A stretch of DNA of 64,000 nucleotides from a phage. Shown here one piece after another: positions 55,615 to 64,000 of this stretch (its first letter is position 1; the number at the start of each line of letters is the position of its first letter). The stretch is from NCBI GenBank assembly GCA_020279385.1, contig GCA_020279385.1_4762.1. One strand, 5' to 3'. The translations under genes and the position numbers were made by a program. Under the pieces are notes generated by a model that was not told where the DNA came from, searched no databases, and saw nothing but the letters and a program-made list of their open reading frames with translations.

Positions 55615-56453
55615 TGGCACGACTTTCTAAACAAGAACAAAAATTACACGATCGGGTGATGGAGTTGATTAATTCAGATCGCCCATTGACATATGAAGAA
55701 AAAGAATTTTGCTATAGTAACTATCATGGCGATGGTCTAGGCGGTTCAGGTGCATTCTTTACCCCAGAAGGGCTTGCATGGGATTTTACCATCGATGCAC
55801 ATTGCACAGGAAAAGTATTAGATCTTTGTGCTGGGATCGGTCGATTATCTTTTTGTATGTTACATCGTTGTAAGCCAGAAAAGATCGTATGCGTCGAACT
55901 CAATCCAGAATTTGCGCGGATCGGTAAACGACTATTACCGGAAGCAGAATGGATCACCAGCGATATATTCGAATTTGAGTCAAACGAAAAATTCGATGTT
56001 GTGATCAGCAATCCACCTTTCGGGAAAATCAATACTACCGACACAAAGGATGTATTTGAGTACACTGGCGGCGAATTTGAATTTAAGGTTATGACATTAG
56101 GCCAGAAGTTTGCCGATGTAGGTTATTTTATTGTTCCTGTTGGTTCCGCTGGTTTTGCCTATTCCGGTAGACCTTATTATGACGGGAGCATGAAGTCTAA
56201 TAAATATCTAAAATGGAGCAGACAAACTGGTTTGGCGACTTACGCCGGATGTGGGATCGATACATCAATCTATCGCGATGAATGGCATAGTACCAACGTT
56301 TTAACAGAAGTGGTTGAGGTTCGGTATTACGAGAAAGAAGCCGTAGAAGCGCCTAAATCACGTCCTAACGAACAAATAGAAGAAAGTAAGGAGATTACCT
56401 TACCGAAACAGGAAAGCGAGTCTGGGACGCTCTCAGATTTGTTTGACATTTAA
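55614..56453 (+). CDS. SAM-dependent methyltransferase, NPPF type (cassette gene 3)
   Basis: 279 aa; FFTP, VLDLCAGIGRLS (SAM-binding) and VVISNPPFG blocks in that order (gamma-class arrangement). Confidence 0.7.
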   Translation: MARLSKQEQKLHDRVMELINSDRPLTYEEKEFCYSNYHGDGLGGSGAFFTPEGLAWDFTIDAHCTGKVLDLCAGIGRLSFCMLHRCKPEKIVCVELNPEFARIGKRLLPEAEWITSDIFEFESNEKFDVVISNPPFGKINTTDTKDVFEYTGGEFEFKVMTLGQKFADVGYFIVPVGSAGFAYSGRPYYDGSMKSNKYLKWSRQTGLATYAGCGIDTSIYRDEWHSTNVLTEVVEVRYYEKEAVEAPKSRPNEQIEESKEITLPKQESESGTLSDLFDI

Positions 56454-56457
56454 TTAT

Positions 56458-56484
56458 AAGCCGTCCTTGTGGGCGGCTTTTTTG
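56458..56484 (+). terminator. Intrinsic terminator after cassette methyltransferase
   Basis: GCCGTCC-TTGT-GGGCGGC hairpin plus TTTTTT. Confidence 0.7.
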
Positions 56485-56503
56485 TATGTATTTTATAAAT
56501 AAT

Positions 56504-56511
56504 ACATCATA
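56504..56511 (+). promoter_or_regulatory. T4-type late promoter TATAAATA (gene 9)
   Basis: TATAAATA 18 nt upstream of gene 9 ATG, after cassette terminator. Confidence 0.55.
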
Positions 56512-56528
56512 ACATGAGGAATTAAACA

Positions 56529-57383
56529 ATGGCACAAGTTCCAAAGAAAAGAATAGACACAGGTACTGTCGGCAATCCATCGACTGGCGATATCTTATAT
56601 GATGGCGGTAATAAAATTAACGATAACTTTGATTCAATATATGACGCATTTGCTGATCAACGTCTAAAAGAGATTGATCACGGTGCTGGTCGAATGGTTA
56701 TTCATGCAACTGGATACTATCAGAAACACCCACGACAAAGCTATGCAGGATCTGCGGTAGAGATTGGTAGCCTACATGATATTGACACAACTCAAGGCGC
56801 ATTAATAGCAATTCTTCCTAAAGCTAAAGTTGGTGAGGGTGTTGTGTTCATAAATAGTAACGGTAGCTTTTCGGCAACAACACCACTAAACATTAGAACT
56901 CAAGCCGGAGATTCTATTAGCGGGTATTCAGGTGACGCGGTAATAACTCAACCTTTCTCAAAAGTCACCGTCTGGTGTACTGCCGTCGAAGGTAGTAGAG
57001 TTACTTGGCGGCTGGGCATCGAAAGTATGTTTACCGACACAACTACACCACTAGATAGGACCGTTAATGTAACTGGAGTTGCAACCAACGTTGCTATTGC
57101 AGCAAAAACAGAATATGTATCAATTAAACTATTAACAACCGCTAGCAATACGACGGGTTCAAAAATGCGCTCAAGCGAAACTCTATTGATGATTGATGCC
57201 AGAGCCGGAAAAGTTTACGCGACAGAATATGCGGTTTTACAGAAAACAGAAGACGAATTATACACGGTTCGTTATTTCATTGGTTCCGGCGATAAAGTAT
57301 ATGCAGAGTATAAGGCTACTGGCGAAAATATTCGTTTAGCAGTTAAAGCCACAGACACTATTAAAATCGGGGTTGCTACATGA
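56529..57383 (+). CDS. 9: Baseplate long-tail-fibre attachment protein gp9
   Basis: KKRIDTGTVGNPSTGDILYDGGNKIN matches T4 gp9 N-terminus. Confidence 0.9.
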   Translation: MAQVPKKRIDTGTVGNPSTGDILYDGGNKINDNFDSIYDAFADQRLKEIDHGAGRMVIHATGYYQKHPRQSYAGSAVEIGSLHDIDTTQGALIAILPKAKVGEGVVFINSNGSFSATTPLNIRTQAGDSISGYSGDAVITQPFSKVTVWCTAVEGSRVTWRLGIESMFTDTTTPLDRTVNVTGVATNVAIAAKTEYVSIKLLTTASNTTGSKMRSSETLLMIDARAGKVYATEYAVLQKTEDELYTVRYFIGSGDKVYAEYKATGENIRLAVKATDTIKIGVAT

Positions 57384-59182
57384 AACAATTAATTAATATC
57401 GGTAACGTTGTAGATGACGGTACTGGTGATTATCTAAGAAAAGGCGGTCAAAAGATCAACGACAACTTTTCTGAACTTTATACTAAGCTGGGGGACGGCG
57501 ATACCCCCCACGCATCCGGTGCATGGAAAACGCACACAGCACCATTATTAAAGCCTAATTTTGGTGATGCGTGGGCTATCAATACAACAAACAACGCGGT
57601 GTCGGTAGAGCTTCCTAAAGGTGGAGTTGGTGATTATAACAAGACAATTAAACTTCGTGATGTTTGGCGCTCGTGGGCGTCTCATAACGTAACATTGAAG
57701 CCAGCACAAGGTGATACCATTAAGGGATCTCCAATCGACCGTGAGTTGTATAAAGATTTTATGGATGTTGAACTGGTTTATTGTGCGCCTGGACGCTGGG
57801 AATATATCGAAAACAAGCGAGTTGACACGATCACCACGTCTGACCTAAGCACAGTAGCTAAGGAAGTTTATATTGCCACAGAAGGGCAAACAGATTTCCC
57901 TAATGTATTTGGTTCTAACACATATAACACTCGAAATGTTGAAGTATATTATCGAGGAAACCTTTTATATTATGGCAAGTCTTTTAGTAATGACTCTAAC
58001 TACGGTTCAATTGGTGAGGATGGATCACTTGTTGAACTTGATGGCAAAAGCATAAAACTTCGTTTTCCTTGTTCGGCTGGGGATACCGTTCAAATTATTA
58101 CATATATGGACGGAATTGCATCATTCCGATCTAGTTATATCACACACACAATTAGAGTGTATGATACTGGAATGACAGCACTAGAAACTATTCCGGGTGA
58201 AGTGTGGGTAGGTGATTTATCGACGAAAAAAGAATTTACCAATGCTGATTTGGGAGTTAGTAAACGTGATATAATTAACCCAAATTCATTTGAGTTATTA
58301 ATAAATGGTACTCAAATGATTAAAGCTGGTGATGCTGATCTTCCTTCGTTTGTTTGTGAAGGTGCTGACGGAGAAACCGAAGAGAGTTGCGCACTTGCTG
58401 GCGGTCAGTGGGTACAGTCTGGAGAAGATTATTCACTGGTATTTGATGAGAATAGCATTGTAACAGGGATTAAATTAGCTAAAGCGTTGGACAATAGAGA
58501 TACTATAACAATTCGTTGGTTTAATAACGATATCGGAACTCTATTAGAATGGGATGGTGTCGGAGGAATTAAAGAAAAAGCAGACAAGATTTATCTCAAT
58601 AACGAAGACGAAGTTAATTTAACAAAACAAATTGAATATACTGACTTCCAGAATCCTAGCCAGAAAAACACTCGTCCGGCAGAAGAGTATTCAGGTCGAA
58701 TTATGGATATATATGCACTGTTTGATATTTTCCATCCGATCGGCACGATATACGAAAACGCACATAACCCAGCTAACCCAGCGACATATATGGGTATTGG
58801 TATCTGGGTTCGGTATGCGGAAGGAGAATTTCTTGCTGGTTGGTCTTCCGATGCCAGCGACCAGAATTTTGCATTAAACAATAACGATCTTGATATTCAT
58901 GGACAACCTACACACACCGCTGGTGGTACTGGTGGTGAAGTTGCCTATCAAATCAAGAAAGATATGATTCCTGAATTACAATCCAGCGATCGTGTTTTGG
59001 TGAAAGACGATACAGGGTCAATTATCATTGGTGGTTGTCAAGTTGATCCTGATGCGGCAGGTCCAGCGTTTACGAAATATAGAGAGGATATCGTAAAAGT
59101 TAATTCTGGAAATGCTGATCCATCAATGATGGGTATTCTTCCTCCATATCGCACCGTTCATCGCTGGTTAAGGGTAGGTTAA
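57380..59182 (+). CDS. 10: Baseplate wedge protein gp10
   Basis: 600 aa (T4 gp10 is 602 aa), conserved position. Confidence 0.9.
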   Translation: MKQLINIGNVVDDGTGDYLRKGGQKINDNFSELYTKLGDGDTPHASGAWKTHTAPLLKPNFGDAWAINTTNNAVSVELPKGGVGDYNKTIKLRDVWRSWASHNVTLKPAQGDTIKGSPIDRELYKDFMDVELVYCAPGRWEYIENKRVDTITTSDLSTVAKEVYIATEGQTDFPNVFGSNTYNTRNVEVYYRGNLLYYGKSFSNDSNYGSIGEDGSLVELDGKSIKLRFPCSAGDTVQIITYMDGIASFRSSYITHTIRVYDTGMTALETIPGEVWVGDLSTKKEFTNADLGVSKRDIINPNSFELLINGTQMIKAGDADLPSFVCEGADGETEESCALAGGQWVQSGEDYSLVFDENSIVTGIKLAKALDNRDTITIRWFNNDIGTLLEWDGVGGIKEKADKIYLNNEDEVNLTKQIEYTDFQNPSQKNTRPAEEYSGRIMDIYALFDIFHPIGTIYENAHNPANPATYMGIGIWVRYAEGEFLAGWSSDASDQNFALNNNDLDIHGQPTHTAGGTGGEVAYQIKKDMIPELQSSDRVLVKDDTGSIIIGGCQVDPDAAGPAFTKYREDIVKVNSGNADPSMMGILPPYRTVHRWLRVG

Positions 59183-59183
59183 T

Positions 59184-59828
59184 ATGATTTCTAAAACACG
59201 TTCTAAAGCAAGCGTATTTTCTAGCGACGCAGCATTCATTTCATACGATCCGGGGTCGAAAGACCCCATTATTGGTGACATTCGCCCAATTGGTGGATTA
59301 AACGTAGACCAATCTCGCAAAGGTTCTTTTATTAACAACGTACAATCAGCCATTGATGATTTGTATAGCATTTCTATGCTTAATGTCGGTGATGTATTGG
59401 TAACTACAAATTCAACTCCACCGGAAGCGGCGGGACAAATAGAAACTCTTTCTTTCACTGGAACGGTAACAAATAAACACGATCCAGCCGCGACAAAAGT
59501 TGTAATTGAAGTTTTGGGTTATCCATTTGTTGTTAATGTTGGAACATCGAATGTTGCATTATGCGAAATGGTCACAACAAAATTTACTGAATTGAAAGAC
59601 AAAAGTATCTTATTCTCTAGAGTTGAGAGGAAAGGTACTGGCAACGATAAAATAGAGATTCAGTATATTGATTCAAACGCACACGAAGCAACGGTCGTAG
59701 AAAAATATGGTATTAGCGTTCGTGGGGAAATAAATTCCCCTGCTCGTTATGGTTATGGTGCATGGTCCAGATTGGGAACGGAAGAAAAATTTGATTCAAC
59801 ACTATTTTATTTTAAGCGTATTGCGTAA
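59184..59828 (+). CDS. 11: Baseplate wedge / short-fibre attachment protein gp11
   Basis: 214 aa, C-terminus ...FYFKRIA resembles T4 gp11 ...FYHFERTA. Confidence 0.9.
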   Translation: MISKTRSKASVFSSDAAFISYDPGSKDPIIGDIRPIGGLNVDQSRKGSFINNVQSAIDDLYSISMLNVGDVLVTTNSTPPEAAGQIETLSFTGTVTNKHDPAATKVVIEVLGYPFVVNVGTSNVALCEMVTTKFTELKDKSILFSRVERKGTGNDKIEIQYIDSNAHEATVVEKYGISVRGEINSPARYGYGAWSRLGTEEKFDSTLFYFKRIA

Positions 59829-59839
59829 GGTGTAAAATT

Positions 59840-61243
59840 ATGAATAACACTATTAATCACGTAAAAGACGATGCACAGTATGTTAAGTTTGACCCTACCG
59901 GAAATTGGCCTAGCAATATAAAAAACGTACAAGCGGCATTAGCCGCTATTCAGGGATTTGCGATTGCAGGTCTTCCAACTGCAACCGAAGAAACAGCGGG
60001 TATTGCTGAAATTGCTACTCAACAAGAAGTAGATGATGGGTTGGATGGAACTAAAATTGTTACCCCAAAAACATTGGCTGTTAAGCTGTCAAGACCGGAC
60101 GCAACAAAACTTGTCAAAGGGATCACTCGCTATGCTAATAACGATGAAGCTATGGGCGATACTCCAAATATTGCAATTGGTCCTGATACATTAACCCATG
60201 TATTCGAGAACAAGAAAGCAACGGAAACCGTACAGGGTACAATTAAAATCTGTTCTATGGACGCGGCAAAAATCGGTAGCGATGACACTATGGCAGTTAC
60301 GCCTAAAAAGATGCACGCTGCTATTGCTCAGATTGTTCCTGGATTGATTCCAGAGCAAAATACCGCGTCAGAAGCCCGTGAGGGTTTAGTTAGACTGGCA
60401 ACAAGCCAACAAACGCTTGCTGGGACTATCAGAGAAGGATTTGCCGTTAGTCCATATGCGTTTTCCAACGCAAGAGCAAATGAAAATCAGGCGGGTACTG
60501 TTAAAATTGCGTCATCCCAACAAATGATTGACGGAAATGACAACACAGTAGTAGTATCAGCACAAAAATTTGCAAACACTAAAGCAACCACTGGACAATT
60601 CGGTGTTGTTAAGCTAACAGATAATCCCGGTTCCGGTGAAGCAAATGCTGCATTATCTGCAAATGCTCGTGTATTGCCTCTAAGCGGTGGTGTCGTTACT
60701 GGTGATGTTTATCGTCATAATGGAGGTGACGGAAACCAGTTTACCACTAAAAACGAAATGGATGCATGGTGTATGCCAATTGGTGCAATTATTCTAACTG
60801 CATTCAATAGCAATGATCACGGTGCATTTAAAATTTGTAACGGTCAATGGTTGAATAAACACCAATATCCTACGCTATTTGCTCGCATCGGATTTACATA
60901 TGGTGGTGACGGTGGAGATCATTTCGCTGTTCCAGATATGCGCGGTCTTGTTGCTCGTGGGTGCGATTGGGGAAGGGGTTTAGACCCAGGTCGTGGATTT
61001 GGTACATATCAAGACGATACTATGCAACGGATAAATGGTCAATTCCCGGTAGCTAACCGCTATCGTGGATGGGCTAATGGCGCATTTAGTCTCATTGGTG
61101 GTCAGTGGAACACCAACTACAAAAACGGTAAGGGTGATGATTGGGGTGCTATAGTAGACTTTGACAGCGCAAGACAGGTTAGAACGTCTGGCGAAACTCG
61201 CGTTAAAAGCCTTGCATTAAACTACGTTATAAGGGTACAATAA
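59840..61243 (+). CDS. 12: Short tail fibre gp12
   Basis: YVKFDPTGNWP..; repeated TxxKITRYANNDEA-type blocks; C-terminal GQWLNKHQYPTLFARIGFTYGG..PDMRGLVARG as T4 gp12. Confidence 0.9.
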   Translation: MNNTINHVKDDAQYVKFDPTGNWPSNIKNVQAALAAIQGFAIAGLPTATEETAGIAEIATQQEVDDGLDGTKIVTPKTLAVKLSRPDATKLVKGITRYANNDEAMGDTPNIAIGPDTLTHVFENKKATETVQGTIKICSMDAAKIGSDDTMAVTPKKMHAAIAQIVPGLIPEQNTASEAREGLVRLATSQQTLAGTIREGFAVSPYAFSNARANENQAGTVKIASSQQMIDGNDNTVVVSAQKFANTKATTGQFGVVKLTDNPGSGEANAALSANARVLPLSGGVVTGDVYRHNGGDGNQFTTKNEMDAWCMPIGAIILTAFNSNDHGAFKICNGQWLNKHQYPTLFARIGFTYGGDGGDHFAVPDMRGLVARGCDWGRGLDPGRGFGTYQDDTMQRINGQFPVANRYRGWANGAFSLIGGQWNTNYKNGKGDDWGAIVDFDSARQVRTSGETRVKSLALNYVIRVQ

Positions 61244-63012
61244 TGATCGAACAATTAAACATTCGAAAGATCCCTAACGTCGATGGTGTCCCTGGAGAGG
61301 GACAACATTCTATTAGCTGGATTAAAAATGGTGAATGTCTAAGCGCAGCAACCACAGAAACAGGACACGAGGGGACGCTTAATCGCGCCCCTTATGCGAT
61401 TCAAGAAAATATTGTTCGTCTGGATGAAAATTCTAAGACAACGGTAACAAAAGTTAACGAAGTTGTTACAGCAGTTAATGATATTAAAACTACTTTAGGC
61501 GCGGTTGCTGATGGTAGTATTATTGATATTGTCAATCAAACTATTGCAAAGGTTGAGTCTGTAGAAGAAAATTTAGGAGAAACTTCAAGGACATTACAAA
61601 CCACAGTAGATGAACTGGCGGAGACAGGAAAGAAAATTGGTGTTCGTCCGGCAGCAGATCCGAGTACACGAACAATATATGATGATATTTCTTTCATCAA
61701 ACAAGAATTGGGTGCTTTCCCTAACTTCACTATCAACGGTTCTCCAGATCCGGGTAGTTCAGGTTCCGGTATCAAATATCGAGTTATCCAGAATACGGAA
61801 GCATTAAACAACCACGGTCAGCGAATCCGCCAACTAGAAAACGACTGGCAAGATTCTGACGTTGGAGAGCTAACAAAACAAGTTAACAAAATGCGAAGCG
61901 AGCTAGGCGATACATCACTAGCAACACAGGACAATGTTTATCTTCGTCTTCGCACAAATACTCGCAATATCGCTAGTATATCAAACGAAGTTCAGGAAGT
62001 AAAGAAAGCGATTCTATTTGAATCAATTCCTGATATCGGGACTAAAGTAACTAAGCTACAATCTGATTATACACAGCTTAATGATGAAGTCAACGGCGTT
62101 GACGCTGGTATCCGTCCTCGTTTAACTCTTCTGGAAAATACGATTGGCAGTCCTCAAGCCGCTGGAAGTATTGATTATAGATTGACTAATCAAGAACGGG
62201 AATTTGTAGATCTTAAATCTATTGTCGGTGTTAGTGGTGCTGATGGCCTACGTGGTGAGGTTGCACGAATCTCTAACACAGTTGGTACTGATAGTGAGCG
62301 TCATACTATCGCAGGTCGTCTAAAAATTGTAGAAAATACACAGGGACGACTAGAAGCTAGCGTACAGGATATCGAGCAAATGATCGGCGATCGAGATTCC
62401 GGTCTAACCGCCGGGGTTATTAAGCTGTCAAGCGACATGTACGGCAATCCAGAAGGAAGCACGCAGCTTGAACAAGATGGGATCGTGAAAACTGTTAAGG
62501 AATTGAGCACATCAAATGCAAGCAAGGTAACAGACGTTCCTGATGATGGTTTCCATTATCTACGTAAGCACGGGGAATGGGTTCAGGTCGCATGGGCGGC
62601 TGGTGCATTTAAAAACACCGCTCAGATTGATATTACTCTCGACGGACAAGATCAATACAAAGGAATCCCGCTAAACGATATGACCGAAGAAGTTCCTGCG
62701 CGTGGAATGGTTAAGAGCGAATCTCTTGTTACGGTTAACGACAAAGGCTTATTCCGTTGTGATTTCCGTTGTTCTGTAAATGCGGTACATAACGCTACTT
62801 TCGTAGTCGGTATTGCTAAAAATGGTCTGATTGTACATGAGGTACGAAATGGTCATTATGGACCTGATGATTTAATTAGCTATTCTACCAGTGCTTTCCT
62901 AAATATTGAAAAGGGCGACCGGATCGATATTCGCATTAAGGGCGTATCCGAAGAAGCATTAGCGCAACAGCTACAAATTAAAGAGTTCCTCTTTGGAATT
63001 TCTCCGGTATAA
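61243..63012 (+). CDS. wac: Fibritin (whisker) Wac with extra C-terminal domain
   Basis: N-terminus VDGVPGEGQHSISWIKNGE as T4 Wac; coiled-coil body; foldon-like GFHYLRKHGEWV followed by about 125 extra residues. Confidence 0.9.
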   Translation: MIEQLNIRKIPNVDGVPGEGQHSISWIKNGECLSAATTETGHEGTLNRAPYAIQENIVRLDENSKTTVTKVNEVVTAVNDIKTTLGAVADGSIIDIVNQTIAKVESVEENLGETSRTLQTTVDELAETGKKIGVRPAADPSTRTIYDDISFIKQELGAFPNFTINGSPDPGSSGSGIKYRVIQNTEALNNHGQRIRQLENDWQDSDVGELTKQVNKMRSELGDTSLATQDNVYLRLRTNTRNIASISNEVQEVKKAILFESIPDIGTKVTKLQSDYTQLNDEVNGVDAGIRPRLTLLENTIGSPQAAGSIDYRLTNQEREFVDLKSIVGVSGADGLRGEVARISNTVGTDSERHTIAGRLKIVENTQGRLEASVQDIEQMIGDRDSGLTAGVIKLSSDMYGNPEGSTQLEQDGIVKTVKELSTSNASKVTDVPDDGFHYLRKHGEWVQVAWAAGAFKNTAQIDITLDGQDQYKGIPLNDMTEEVPARGMVKSESLVTVNDKGLFRCDFRCSVNAVHNATFVVGIAKNGLIVHEVRNGHYGPDDLISYSTSAFLNIEKGDRIDIRIKGVSEEALAQQLQIKEFLFGISPV

Positions 63013-63017
63013 GAAAT

Positions 63018-63042
63018 TAAAGGGGCGTTAAGCCCCTTTTCC
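63018..63042 (+). terminator. Intrinsic terminator after wac
   Basis: AGGGGC-GTTA-AGCCCCT hairpin plus TTTT. Confidence 0.6.
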
Positions 63043-63058
63043 GTTTATAGGTGATATT

Positions 63059-63991
63059 ATGTCAGGATATGTAACCAATAACCCAAGAGAATTAAAAGAC
63101 GCTATTCTGCGTCGTTTAGGCGCACCAGTAATTAACGTAGAAGTCACAGAAGACCAGATTTACGATTGTATTCAGAGAGCACTAGAACTCTATGGGGAAT
63201 ATCATTTCGATGGTGTGAATAAAGGATATAAAGTATTTCGTGTTAGTGCAGAGCAAGCTCAACACGGGGTATTTGATTTAAGCGATTCTGGTGTATTCGC
63301 AGTAACTAAAATAATTCGAACAAACGTAGGTAGCGCGGCTACGATGGATGGTACTGCCGTTTATCCGTGGTTTACTGACTTTCTGTTGGGTTTAGCGGGT
63401 GTAAATGGCGGTTTAGGATCTGGCTGTAGTAAATTTTATGGTCCAAATGCGATGGGCGGTGATCTGGGATATTTCGAACAGCTTATGAGCTATCGCGCAA
63501 CTATGCAAAACATGCTTAATCCGCTGCCAGATTATTGGTATAATAGCGCAAACGGACAACTTAAGATCACTGGTAATTTTCGAGAAGGTGATCTCATTGT
63601 TGTTGAATTATATGTTAAAAGCTATGTAGACGTTCCTGATATGATCGGCGCGGTTGCTGGTTATGCTCATGCGGGAGGATGTTCTACCGCTGGCGGGATT
63701 AGCGCCGTTTATGATAATCCAACTGCTGGTTTAAGCGGGATTGTTGCTGGCATGGGACCGATCAGTGAGAACAAGCAGGGCGCATATAATAACCGTTGGG
63801 TTAAAGACATGGCAACCGCTTTCACTAAGGAGGTGTGGGGGTCCATCATGGCTAAACATCAAGGTCTGCAATTACCCGGCGGTGTCACTGTTGATGGTAT
63901 CCGAATCATTGAAGAAGCACGCGCCGACATTGAGAAATTGCGACAAGAACTAGAATTATTAGATCCTCCGTTCGGCATCCTCATGATTTGA
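63059..63991 (+). CDS. 13: Neck protein gp13
   Basis: [52 protein letters not shown] nearly identical to T4 gp13. Confidence 0.95.
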   Translation: MSGYVTNNPRELKDAILRRLGAPVINVEVTEDQIYDCIQRALELYGEYHFDGVNKGYKVFRVSAEQAQHGVFDLSDSGVFAVTKIIRTNVGSAATMDGTAVYPWFTDFLLGLAGVNGGLGSGCSKFYGPNAMGGDLGYFEQLMSYRATMQNMLNPLPDYWYNSANGQLKITGNFREGDLIVVELYVKSYVDVPDMIGAVAGYAHAGGCSTAGGISAVYDNPTAGLSGIVAGMGPISENKQGAYNNRWVKDMATAFTKEVWGSIMAKHQGLQLPGGVTVDGIRIIEEARADIEKLRQELELLDPPFGILMI

Positions 63992-64000
63992 TTTATTGGG

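Overview
This 64-kb window is a segment of a T4-like (T-even type) myovirus genome, identified from strong protein-level matches to T4 genes in conserved order; no tools or database searches were run. Positions 1-45660 are almost entirely minus-strand early/middle genes in T4 synteny: 62, 44, 45, rpbA, 46, 47, 55, nrdH, nrdG, nrdD, 49, nrdC, dam, rI, tk, regB, 57B, 57A, 1, 3, 2, 4. These are interleaved with more than 60 small hypothetical ORFs, four tandem paralog families, two homing-endonuclease-like insertions and at least 17 copies of a sigma70-type early promoter module whose spacer or -10 region is a GC-rich palindrome. Positions 45716-63991 are the plus-strand late baseplate/tail-fibre/neck module: 53, 5, 5.1, 5.4, 6, 7, 8, 9, 10, 11, 12, wac, 13. 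The best candidates for an undescribed system are a three-gene cassette with its own early promoter and terminator, carrying an NPPF-motif methyltransferase, inserted between late genes 8 and 9; an orphan 489-aa P-loop NTPase beside gene 55; and a minimal nucleotidyltransferase beside an autonomous glycyl-radical protein. Also notable are a gene with full promoter and RBS interrupted by an in-frame TGA, a macro-domain protein and an Acb1-like 2H phosphodiesterase. No rRNA, canonical tRNA or CRISPR array was recognised. Starts of many minus-strand genes were moved from the ORF-track coordinate (often a TTG/GTG extension) to the first ATG preceded by a Shine-Dalgarno sequence; promoter and terminator coordinates are approximate (about +/-3 nt).
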